A stretch of DNA of 64,000 nucleotides from Cyanophora paradoxa CCMP329 (taxonomy: Eukaryota; Plantae; Glaucophyta): the NCBI GenBank assembly GCA_004431415.1, contig QPMI01000133.1, positions 257,848 through 321,847 on the forward strand, read 5' to 3'. Below, in pieces: positions 24,401 through 36,400 of the stretch (its first letter is position 1; every line of letters starts with the position of its first letter). The position numbers were made by a program, and so were the translations under genes. The notes beneath the pieces were generated by a model. It saw nothing but the letters and a program-made list of their open reading frames with translations, ran no database searches and had not been told where the DNA came from.

Positions 24401-27400
24401 GCAGCTGTACTCCGTGCTGGCCGAGAGGCCCGCAAGGTCGAAGGTCGCCGTCGTGGCGCCCGCCGAGACGGTTGCGGAGCCCGACCACGCGACGGCGCCG
24501 CCGCTCGTGCAGCTGGCCGCGGCGCCGGAGATCGCAGCGCCCCCGTCCGAGCCGAAGGTCACCGTCAGGGTCGCGGAGTCGTGGGTGACGCTGCTGGCGG
24601 CGACGGTTGGGGCCGCAGGAGCGGTGGCGACGACGGGGGCGGCGGCGGTCGTGAAGCTTGCGGCGGCGGAGGAGCCCGAGGTGCCGGCGCTGTTCGTGAC
24701 GTTCGCGCTGCAGCTGTACTCCGTGCTGGCCGAGAGGCCCGCGAGGTCGAAGGTCGCCGTCGTGGCGCCCGCCGAGACGGTTGCGGAGCCCGACCACGCG
24801 ACGGCGCCGCCGCTCGTGCAGCTGGCCGCGGCGCCGGAGATCGCAGCGCCCCCGTCCAAGCCGAAGGTCACCGTCAGGGTCGCGGAGTCGTGGGTGACGC
24901 TGCTGGCGGCGACGGTTGGGGCCGCCGGAGCGGTGGCGACGACGGGGGCGGCGGCGGTCGTGAAGCTTGCGGCGGCGGAGGAGCCCGAGGTGCCGGCGCT
25001 GTTCGTGACGTTCGCGCTGCAGCTGTACTCCGTGCTGGCCGAGAGGCCCGCGAGGTCGAAGGTCGCCGTCGTGGCGCCCGCCGAGACGGTTGCGGAGCCC
25101 GACCACGCGACGGCGCCGCCGCTCGTGCAGCTGGCCGCGGCGCCGGAGATCGCAGCGCCCCCGTCCGAGCCGAAGGTCACCGTCAGGGTCGCGGAGTCGT
25201 GGGTGACGCTGCTGGCGGCGACGGTCGGGGCCGCCGGAGCGGTGGCGACGACGGGGGCGGCGGCGGTCGTGAAGCTTGCGGCGGCGGAGGAGCCCGAGGT
25301 GCCGGCGCTGTTCGTGACGTTCGCGCTGCAGCTGTACTCCGTGCTGGCCGAGAGGCCCGCGAGGTCGAAGGTCGCCGTCGTGGCGCCCGCCGAGACGGTT
25401 GCGGAGCCCGACCACGCGACGGCGCCGCCGCTCGTGCAGCTGGCCGCGGCGCCGGAGATCGCAGCGCCCCCGTCCGAGCCGAAGGTCACCGTCAGGGTCG
25501 CGGAGTCGTGGGTGACGCTGCTGGCGGCGACGGTCGGGGCCGCCGGGGCGGTGGCGACGACGGGGGCGGCGGCGGTCGTGAAGCTTGCGGCGGCGGAGGA
25601 GCCCGAGGTGCCGGCGCTGTTCGTGACGTTCGCGCTGCAGCTGTACTCCGTGCTGGCCGAGAGGCCCGCGAGGTCGAAGGTCGCCGTCGTGGCGCCCGCC
25701 GAGACGGTTGCGGAGCCCGACCACGCGACGGCGCCGCCGCTCGTGCAGCTGGCCGCGGCGCCGGAGATCGCAGCGCCCCCGTCCGAGCCGAAGGTCACCG
25801 TCAGGGTCGCGGAGTCGTGGGTGACGCTGCTGGCGGCGACGGTCGGGGCCGCCGGGGCGGTGGCGACGACGGGGCGGCGGCGGTCGTGAAGCTTGCGGCG
25901 GCGGAGGAGCCCGAGGTGCCGGCGCTGTTCGTGACGTTCGCGCTGCAGCTGTACTCCGTGCTGGCCGAGAGGCCCGCGAGGTCGAAGGTCGCCGTCGTGG
26001 CGCCCGCCGAGACGGTTGCGGAGCCCGACCACGCGACGGCGCCGCCGCTCGTGCAGCTGGCCGCGGCGCCGGAGATCGCAGCGCCCCCGTCCGAGCCGAA
26101 GGTCACCGTCAGGGTCGCGGAGTCGTGGGTGACGCTGCTGGCGGCGACGGTCGGGCCGCCGGGGCGGTGGATGTGGTCGTAAAGCTTGCGGCGGCGGAGG
26201 AGCCCGAGGTGCCGGCGCTGTTGGTGACGTTCGCGCTGCAGCTGTACTCCGTGCTGGCCGAGAGGCCCGCGAGGTCGAAGGTCGCCGTCGTGGCGCCCGC
26301 CGAGACGGTTGCGGAGCCCGACCACGCGACGGCGCCGCCGCTCGTGCAGCTGGCCGCGGCGCCGGAGATCGCAGCGCCCCCGTCCGAGCCGAAGGTCACC
26401 GTCAGGGTCGCGGAGTCGTGGGTGACGCTGCTGGCGGCGACGGTTGGGGCCGCCGGGGCGTTGGCGACGACGGGGGCGGCGGCGGTCGTGAAGCTTGCGG
26501 CGGCGGAGGAGCTTGAGGTGCCGGCGCTGTTGGTGACGTTCGCGCTGCAGCTGTACTCCGTGCTGGCCGAGAGGCCCGCGAGGTCGAAGGTCGCCGTCGT
26601 GGCGCCCGCCGAGACGGTTGCGGAGCCCGACCACGCGACGGCGCCGCCGCTCGTGCAGCTGGCCGCGGCGCCGGAGATCGCAGCGCCCCCGTCCGAGCCG
26701 AAGGTCACCGTCAGGGTCGCGGAGTCGTGGGTGACGCTGCTGGCGGCGACGGTCGGGGCCGCCGGGGCGGTGGCGACGACGGGGGCGGCGGCGGTCGTGA
26801 AGCTTGCGGCGGCGGAGGAGCTTGAGGTGCCGGCGCTGTTCGTGACGTTCGCGCTGCAGCTGTACTCCGTGCTGGCCGAGAGGCCCGCGAGGTCGAAGGT
26901 CGCCGTCGTGGCGCCCGCCGAGACGGTTGCGGAGCCCGACCACGCGACGGCGCCGCCGCTCGTGCAGCTGGCCGCGGCGCCGGAGATCGCAGCGCCCCCT
27001 TCCGAGCCGAAGGTCACCGTCAGGGTCGCGGAGTCGTGGGTGACGCTGCTGGCGGCGACGGTCGGGGCCGCCGGGCGGTGGCGACGACGGGGGCGGCGGC
27101 GGTCGTGAAGCTTGCGGCGGCGGAGGAGCCCGAGGTGCCGGCGCTGTTCGTGACGTTCGCGCTGCAGCTGTACTCCGTGCTGGCCGAGAGGCCCGCGAGG
27201 TCGAAGGTCGCCGTCGTGGCGCCCGCCGAGACGGTTGCGGAGCCGACCACGCGACGGCGCCGCCACTCGTGCAGCTGGCCGCGGCGCCGGAGATCGCAGC
27301 GCCCCGTCCGAGCCGAAGGTCACCGTCAGGGTCGCGGAGTCGTGGGTGACGCTGCTGGCGGCGACGGTTGGGGCCGCCGGAGCGGTGGCGACGACGGGGC

Positions 27401-30400
27401 GGCGGCGGTCGTGAAGCTTGCGGCGGCGGAGGAGCCCGAGGTGCCGGCGCTGTTCGTGACGTTCGCGCTGCAGCTGTACTCCGTGCTGGCCGAGAGGCCC
27501 GCGAGGTCGAAGGTCGCCGTCGTGGCGCCCGCCGAGACGGTTGCGGAGCCCGACCACGCGACGGCGCCGCCGCTCGTGCAGCTGGCCGCGGCGCCGGAGA
27601 TCGCAGCGCCCCCGTCCGAGCCGAAGGTCACCGTCAGGGTCGCGGAGTCGTGGGTGACGCTGCTGGCGGCGACGGTCGGGGCCGCCGGGGCGGTGGATGT
27701 GGTCGTAAAGCTTGCGGCGGCGGAGGAGCCCGAGGTGCCGGCGCTGTTGGTGACGTTCGCGCTGCAGCTGTACTCCGTGCTGGCCGAGAGGCCCGCGAGG
27801 TCGAAGGTCGCCGTCGTGGCGCCCGCCGAGACGGTTGCGGAGCCCGACCACGCGACGGCGCCGCCGCTCGTGCAGCTGGCCGCGGCGCCGGAGATCGCAG
27901 CGCCCCCGTCCGAGCCGAAGGTCACCGTCAGGGTCGCGGAGTCGTGGGTGACGCTGCTGGCGGCGACGGTTGGGGCCGCCGGGGCGTTGGCGACGACGGG
28001 GGCGGCGGCGGTCGTGAAGCTTGCGGCGGCGGAGGAGCTTGAGGTGCCGGCGCTGTTCGTGACGTTCGCGCTGCAGCTGTACTCCGTGCTGGCCGAGAGG
28101 CCCGCGAGGTCGAAGGTCGCCGTCGTGGCGCCCGCCGAGACGGTTGCGGAGCCCGACCACGCGACGGCGCCGCCGCTCGTGCAGCTGGCCGCGGCGCCGG
28201 AGATCGCAGCGCCCCCGTCCGAGCCGAAGGTCACCGTCAGGGTCGCGGAGTCGTGGGTGACGCTGCTGGCGGCGACGGTCGGGGCCGCCGGGGCGGTGGC
28301 GACGACGGGGGCGGCGGCGGTCGTGAAGCTTGCGGCGGCGGAGGAGCTTGAGGTGCCGGCGCTGTTCGTGACGTTCGCGCTGCAGCTGTACTCCGTGCTG
28401 GCCGAGAGGCCCGCGAGGTCGAAGGTCGCCGTCGTGGCGCCCGCCGAGACGGTTGCGGAGCCCGACCACGCGACGGCGCCGCCGCTCGTGCAGCTGGCCG
28501 CGGCGCCGGAGATCGCAGCGCCCCCGTCCGAGCCGAAGGTCACCGTCAGGGTCGCGGAGTCGTGGGTGACGCTGCTGGCGGCGACGGTTGGGGCCGCCGG
28601 GGCGTTGGCGACGACGGGGGCGGCGGCGGTCGTGAAGCTTGCGGCGGCGGAGGAGCTTGAGGTGCCGGCGCTGTTGGTGACGTTCGCGCTGCAGCTGTAC
28701 TCCGTGCTGGCCGAGAGGCCCGCGAGGTCGAAGGTCGCCGTCGTGGCGCCCGCCGAGACGGTTGCGGAGCCCGACCACGCGACGGCGCCGCCGCTCGTGC
28801 AGCTGGCCGCGGCGCCGGAGATCGCAGCGCCCCCGTCCGAGCCGAAGGTCACCGTCAGGGTCGCGGAGTCGTGGGTGACGCTGCTGGCGGCGACGGTCGG
28901 GGCCGCCGGGGCGGTGGCGACGACGGGGGCGGCGGCGGTCGTGAAGCTTGCGGCGGCGGAGGAGCTTGAGGTGCCGGCGCTGTTCGTGACGTTCGCGCTG
29001 CAGCTGTACTCCGTGCTGGCCGAGAGGCCCGCGAGGTCGAAGGTCGCCGTCGTGGCGCCCGCCGAGACGGTTGCGGAGCCCGACCACGCGACGGCGCCGC
29101 CGCTCGTGCAGCTGGCCGCGGCGCCGGAGATCGCAGCGCCCCCTTCCGAGCCGAAGGTCACCGTCAGGGTCGCGGAGTCGTGGGTGACGCTGCTGGCGGC
29201 GACGGTCGGGGCCGCCGGGGCGGTGGCGACGACGGGGGCGGCGGCGGTCGTGAAGCTTGCGGCGGCGGAGGAGCCCGAGGTGCCGGCGCTGTTCGTGACG
29301 TTCGCGCTGCAGCTGTACTCCGTGCTGGCCGAGAGGCCCGCGAGGTCGAAGGTCGCCGTCGTGGCGCCCGCCGAGACGGTTGCGGAGCCCGACCACGCGA
29401 CGGCGCCGCCACTCGTGCAGCTGGCCGCGGCGCCGGAGATCGCAGCGCCCCCGTCCGAGCCGAAGGTCACCGTCAGGGTCGCGGAGTCGTGGGTGACGCT
29501 GCTGGCGGCGACGGTTGGGGCCGCCGGAGCGGTGGCGACGACGGGGGCGGCGGCGGTCGTGAAGCTTGCGGCGGCGGAGGAGCCCGAGGTGCCGGCGCTG
29601 TTCGTGACGTTCGCGCTGCAGCTGTACTCCGTGCTGGCCGAGAGGCCCGCGAGGTCGAAGGTCGCCGTCGTGGCGCCCGCCGAGACGGTTGCGGAGCCCG
29701 ACCACGCGACGGCGCCGCCGCTCGTGCAGCTGGCCGCGGCGCCGGAGATCGCAGCGCCCCCGTCCGAGCCGAAGGTCACCGTCAGGGTCGCGGAGTCGTG
29801 GTGACGCTGCTGGCGGCGACGGTCGGGGCCGCCGGGGCGGTGGATGTGGTCGTAAGCTTGCGGCGGCGGAGGAGCCCGAGGTGCCGGCGCTGTTGTGACG
29901 TTCGCGCTGCAGCTGTACTCCGTGCTGGCCGAGAGGCCCGCGAGGTCGAAGGTCGCCGTCGTGGCGCCCGCCGAGACGGTTGCGGAGCCCGACCACGCGA
30001 CGGCGCCGCCGCTCGTGCAGCTGGCCGCGGCGCCGGAGATCGCAGCGCCCCGTCCGAGCCGAAGGTCACGTCAGGGTCGCGGAGTCGTGGGTGACGCTGC
30101 TGGCGCGACGGTGGGCGCCGGGCGTGGGACGAGGGGGCGGCGGTCGTGAAGCTTGCGGCGGCGGAGGAGCGAGGTGCCGGCGCTGTTGTGACGTTCGCGC
30201 TGCAGCTGTACTCCGTGCTGGCCGAGAGGCCCGCGAGTCGAAGGTCGCCGTCGTGGCGCCCGCCGAGACGGTTGCGGAGCCCGACCACGCGACGGCGCCG
30301 CCGCTCGTGCAGCTGGCCGCGGCGCCGGAGATCGCAGCGCCCCGTCCGAGCCGAAGTCACCGTCAGGGTCGCGGAGTCGTGGGTGACGCTGCTGGCGGCG

Positions 30401-33400
30401 ACGGTCGGGGCCGCCGGGCGTGGCGACGACGGGGGCGGCGGCGGTCGTGAAGCTTGCGGCGGCGGAGGAGCTTGAGGTGCCGGCGCTGTTCGTGACGTTC
30501 GCGCTGCAGCTGTACTCCGTGCTGGCCGAGAGGCCCGCGAGGTCGAAGGTCGCCGTCGTGGCGCCCGCCGAGACGGTTGCGGAGCCCGACCACGCGACGG
30601 CGCCGCCGCTCGTGCAGCTGGCCGCGGCGCCGGAGATCGCAGCGCCCCCGTCCGAGCCGAAGGTCACCGTCAGGGTCGCGGAGTCGTGGGTGACGCTGCT
30701 GGCGGCGACGGTCGGGGCCGCCGGGGCGGTGGCGACGACGGGGCGGCGGCGGTCGTGAAGCTTGCGGCGGCGGAGGAGCTGAGGTGCCGGCGCTGTTCGT
30801 GACGTTCGCGCTGCAGCTGTACTCCGTGCTGGCCGAGAGGCCCGCGAGGTCGAAGGTCGCCGTCGTGGCGCCCGCCGAGACGGTTGCGGAGCCCGACCAC
30901 GCGACGGCGCCGCCGCTCGTGCAGCTGGCCGCGGCGCCGGAGATCGCAGCGCCCCCGTCCGAGCCGAAGGTCACCGTCAGGGTCGCGGAGTCGTGGGTGA
31001 CGCTGCTGGCGGCGACGGTCGGGCCGCCGGGGCGGTGGCGACGACGGGGGCGGCGGCGGTCGTGAAGCTTGCGGCGGCGGAGGAGCCCGAGGTGCCGGCG
31101 CTGTTCGTGACGTTCGCGCTGCAGCTGTACTCCGTGCTGGCCGAGAGGCCCGCGAGGTCGAAGGTCGCCGTCGTGGCGCCCGCCGAGACGGTTGCGGAGC
31201 CCGACCACGCGACGGCGCCGCCGCTCGTGCAGCTGGCCGCGGCGCCGGAGATCGCAGCGCCCCCGTCCGAGCCGAAGGTCACCGTCAGGGTCGCGGAGTC
31301 GTGGGTGACGCTGCTGGCGGCGACGGTCGGGGCCGCCGGGGCGGTGGCGACGACGGGGGCGGCGGCGGTCGTGAAGCTTGCGGCGGCGGAGGAGCCGAGG
31401 TGCCGGCGCTGTTCGTGACGTTCGCGCTGCAGCTGTACTCCGTGCTGGCCGAGAGGCCCGCGAGTCGAAGGTCGCCGTCGTGGCGCCCGCCGAGACGGTT
31501 GCGGAGCCCGACCACGCGACGGCGCCGCCGCTCGTGCAGCTGGCCGCGGCGCCGGAGATCGCAGCGCCCCGTCCGAGCCGAAGGTCACCGTCAGGGTCGC
31601 GGAGTCGTGGGTGACGCTGCTGGCGGCGACGGTCGGGGCCGCCGGGGCGGTGGCGACGACGGGGCGGTGGCGGTCGTGAAGCTTGCGGCGGCGGAGGAGC
31701 TGAGGTGCCGGCGCTGTTCGTGACGTTCGCGCTGCAGCTGTACTCCGTGCTGGCCGAGAGGCCCGCGAGGTCGAAGGTCGCCGTCGTGGCGCCCGCCGAG
31801 ACGGTTGCGGAGCCCGACCACGCGACGGCGCCGCCGCTCGTGCAGCTGGCCGCGGCGCCGGAGATCGCAGCGCCCCGTCCGAGCCGAAGGTCACCGTCAG
31901 GGTCGCGGAGTCGTGGGTGACGCTGCTGGCGGCGACGGTCGGGCCGCCGGGGCGGTGGCGACGACGGGGCGGCGGCGGTCGTGAAGCTTGCGGCGGCGGA
32001 GGGCCCGAGGTGCCGGCGCTGTTCGTGACGTTCGCGCTGCAGCTGTACTCCGTGCTGGCCGAGAGGCCCGCGAGGTCAAGGTCGCCGTCGTGGCGCCCGC
32101 CGAGACGTTGCGGAGCCCGACCACGCGACGGCGCCGCCGCTCGTGCAGCTGGCCGCGGCGCCGGAGATCGCAGCGCCCCCGTCCGAGCCGAAGGTCACCG
32201 TCAGGGTCGCGGAGTCGTGGGTGACGCTGCTGGCGGCGACGGTCGGGGCCGCCGGGGCGGTGGCGACGACGGGGCGGCGGCGGTCGTGAAGCTTGCGGCG
32301 GCGGAGGAGCCGAGGTGCCGGCGCTGTTCGTGACGTTCGCGCTGCAGCTGTACTCCGTGCTGGCCGAGAGGCCCGCGAGGTCGAAGGTCGCCGTCGTGGC
32401 GCCCGCCGAGACGGTTGCGGAGCCCGACCACGCGACGGCGCCGCCGCTCGTGCAGCTGGCCGCGGCGCCGGAGATCGCAGCGCCCCGTCCGAGCCGAAGG
32501 TCACCGTCAGGGTCGCGGAGTCGTGGGTGACGCTGCTGGCGGCGACGGTCGGGCCGCCGGGGCGGTGGCGACGACGGGGGCGGCGGCGGTCGTGAAGCTT
32601 GCGGCGGCGAGGAGCTGAGGTGCCGGCGCTGTTCGTGACGTTCGCGCTGCAGCTGTACTCCGTGCTGGCCGAGAGGCCCGCGAGGTCGAAGGTCGCCGTC
32701 GTGGCGCCCGCCGAGACGGTTGCGGAGCCCGACCACGCGACGGCGCCGCCGCTCGTGCAGCTGGCCGCGGCGCCGGAGATCGCAGCGCCCCCGTCCGAGC
32801 CGAAGGTCACCGTCAGGGTCGCGGAGTCGTGGGTGACGCTGCTGGCGGCGACGGTCGGGGCCGCCGGGGCGGTGGCGACGACGGGGGCGGCGGCGGTCGT
32901 GAAGCTTGCGGCGGCGGAGGAGCCCGAGGTGCCGGCGCTGTTCGTGACGTTCGCGCTGCAGCTGTACTCCGTGCTGGCCGAGAGGCCCGCGAGGTCGAAG
33001 GTCGCCGTCGTGGCGCCCGCCGAGACGGTTGCGGAGCCCGACCACGCGACGGCGCCGCCGCTCGTGCAGCTGGCCGCGGCGCCGGAGATCGCAGCGCCCC
33101 GTCCGAGCCGAAGGTCACCGTCAGGGTCGCGGAGTCGTGGGTGACGCTGCTGGCGGCGACGGTCGGGGCCGCCGGGGCGGTGGCGACGACGGGGGCGGCG
33201 GCGGTCGTGAAGCTTGCGGCGGCGGAGGAGCCCGAGGTGCCGGCGCTGTTGGTGACGTTCGCGCTGCAGCTGTACTCCGTGCTGGCCGAGAGGCCCGCGA
33301 GGTCGAAGGTCGCCGTCGTGGCGCCCGCCGAGACGGTTGCGGAGCCCGACCACGCGACGGCGCCGCCGCTCGTGCAGCTGGCCGCGGCGCCGGAGATCGC

Positions 33401-36400
33401 AGCGCCCCGTCCGAGCCGAAGGTCACCGTCAGGGTCGCGGAGTCGTGGGTGACGCTGCTGGCGGCGACGGTCAGGGCTGCCGGGGCGGTGGCGACGACGG
33501 GGGCGGCGGCGGTCGTGAAGCTTGCGGCGGCGGAGGAGCCCGAGGTGCCGGCGCTGTTCGTGACGTTCGCGCTGCAGCTGTACTCCGTGCTGGCCGAGAG
33601 GCCCGCGAGGTCGAAGGTCGCCGTCGTGGCGCCCGCCGAGACGGTTGCGGAGCCCGACCACGCGACGGCGCCGCCGCTCGTGCAGCTGGCCGCGGCGCCG
33701 GAGATCGCAGCGCCCCCGTCCGAGCCAAAGGTCACCGTCAGGGTCGCGGAGTCGTGGGTGACGCTGCTGGCGGCGACGGTCGGGGCCGCCGGGGCGGTGG
33801 CGACGACGGGGGCGGCGGCGGTCGTGAAGCTTGCGGCGGCGGAGGAGCCCGAGGTGCCGGCGCTGTTGGTGACGTTCGCGCTGCAGCTGTACTCCGTGCT
33901 GGCCGAGAGGCCGCGAGGTCGAAGGTCGCCGTCGTGGCGCCCGCCGAGACGGTTGCGGAGCCCGACCACGCGACGGCGCCGCCGCTCGTGCAGCTGGCCG
34001 CGGCGCCGGAGATCGCAGCGCCCCTCCGAGCCGAAGGTCACCGTCAGGGTCGCGGAGTCGTGGGTGACGCTGCTGGCGGCGACGGTCGGGCGCCGGGCGG
34101 GCGACGACGGGGGCGGCGGCGGTCGTGAAGCTTGCGGCGGCGGAGGAGCTTGAGGTGCCGGCGCTGTTCGTGACGTTTGCGCCGCAGCTGTACTCCGTGC
34201 TGGCCGAGAGGCCCGTGAGGTTGAAGGTCGCCGTCGTGGCGCCCGCCGAGACGGTTGCAGAGCCCGACCACGCAAAGGCGCTGCCACTCGTGCAGCTGGC
34301 CGCGGCGCCGGAGATCGCAGCGCCCCCGTCCGAGCCGAAGGTCACCGTCAGGGTCGCGGAGTCGTGGGTGACGCTGCTGGCGGCGACGGTCAGGGCTGCC
34401 GGGGCGGTGGCGACGACGGGGGCGGCGGCGGTCGTGAAGCTTGCGGCGGCGGAGGAGCCCGAGGTGCCGGCGCTGTTGGTGACGTTCGCGCTGCAGCTGT
34501 ACTCCGTGCTGGCCGAGAGGCCCGCGAGGTCGAAGGTCGCCGTCGTGGCGCCCGCCGAGACGGTTGCGGAGCCCGACCACGCGACGGCGCCGCCGCTCGT
34601 GCAGCTGGCCGCGGCGCCGGAGATCGCAGCGCCCCCGTCCGAGCCAGAGGTCACCGTCAGGGTCGCGGAGTCGTGGGTGACGCTGCTGGCGGCGACGGTC
34701 GGGGCCGCCGGGGCGGTGGATGTGGTCGTGAAGCTTGCGGCGGCCGAGGAGCTTGAGGTGCCGGCGCTGTTCGTGACGTTTGCGCTGCAGCTGTACTCCG
34801 TGCTGGCCGAGAGGCCCGTGAGGTTGAAGGTCGCCGTCGTGGCGCCCGCCGAGACGGTTGCAGAGCCCGACCACGCAACGGCACCGCCGCTCGTGCAGCT
34901 GGCCGCGGCGCCGGAGATCGCAGCGCCCCCGTCCGAGCCGAAGGTCACCGTCAGGGTCGCGGAGTCGTGGGTGACGCTGCTGGCGGCGACGGTCGGGGCC
35001 GCCGGGGCGGTGGATGTGGTCGTGAAGCTTGCGGCGGCGGAGGAGCCCGAGGTGCCGGCGCTGTTCGTGACGTTCGCGCTGCAGCTGTACTCCGTGCTGG
35101 CCGAGAGGCCCGCGAGGTTGAAGGTCGCCGTCGTGGCGCCCACCGAGACGGTTGCGGAGCCCGACCACGCGACGGCGCCGCCGCTCGTGCAGCTGGCCGC
35201 GGCGCCGGAGATCGCAGCGCCCCCGTCCGAGCCGAAGGTCACCGTCAGGGTCGCGGAGTCGTGGGTGACGCTGCTGGCGGCGACGGTCGGGGCCGCCGGG
35301 GCCGTGGATGTGGTCGTGAAGCTTGCGGCGGCGGAGGAGCCCGAGGTGCCGGCGCTGTTCGTGACGTTTGCGCTGCAGCTGTACTCCGTGCTGGCCGAGA
35401 GGCCCGCGAGGTTGAAGGTCGCCGTCGTGGCGCCCGCCGAGACGGTTGCAGAGCCCGACCACGCAACGGCACCGCCGCTCGTGCAGCTGGCCGCGGCGCC
35501 GGAGATCGCAGCGCCCCCGTCCGAGCCGAAGGTCACCGTCAGGGTCGCGGAGTCGTGGGTGACGCTGCTGGCGGCGACGGTCGGGGCTGCCGGGGCGGTG
35601 GCGACGACGGGGGCGGCGGCGGTCGTGAAGCTTGCGGCGGCGGAGGAGCTTGAGGTGCCGGCGCTGTTCGTGACGTTCGCGCTGCAGCTGTACTCCGTGC
35701 TGGCCGAGAGGCCCGCGAGGTCGAAGGTCGCCGTCGTGGCGCCCGCCGAGACGGTTGCGGAGCCCGACCACGCGACGGCGCCGCCGCTCGTGCAGCTGGC
35801 CGCGGCGCCGGAGATCGCAGCGCCCCCGTCCGAGCCGAAGGTCACCGTCAGGGTCGCGGAGTCGTGGGTGACGCTGCTGGCGGCGACGGTCGGGGCCGCC
35901 GGGGCCGTGGATGTGGTCGTGAAGCTTGCGGCGGCGGAGGAGCCCGAGGTGCCGGCGCTGTTCGTGACGTTTGCGCTGCAGCTGTACTCCGTGCTGGCCG
36001 AGAGGCCCGCGAGGTTGAAGGTCGCCGTCGTGGCGCCCGCCGAGACGGTTGCAGAGCCCGACCACGCAACGGCACCGCCGCTCGTGCAGCTGGCCGCGGC
36101 GCCGGAGATCGCAGCGCCCCGTCCGAGCGAAGTCACCGTCAGGTCGCGGATCGTGGGTGACGCTGCTGCGCGACGGTCGGGCCGCCGGGCGTGATGTGGT
36201 CGTGAAGCTTGCGGCGGGAGGAGCCGAGGTGCGGCGCTGTTCGTGACGTTCGCGCTGCAGCTGTACTCCGTGCTGGCCGAGAGCCCGCGAGGTTGAAGGT
36301 CGCCGTCGTGGCGCCACCGAGACGGTTGCGGAGCCGACACGCGACGCGCCGCCGCTCGTGCAGCTGGCCGCGGCGCCGGAGATCGCAGCGCCCCGTCCGA

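Noticed and set aside
22900-36400. Many frameshifts in the array, suggesting a pseudogene or programmed frameshifting
   Set aside because: Almost all are single-base deletions, mostly in short homopolymers, clustered in patches (e.g. 29.8-33.5 kb, 36.1-36.4 kb), with no nonsense substitutions seen. This is typical of unpolished long-read consensus, but raw reads are needed to exclude it fully.
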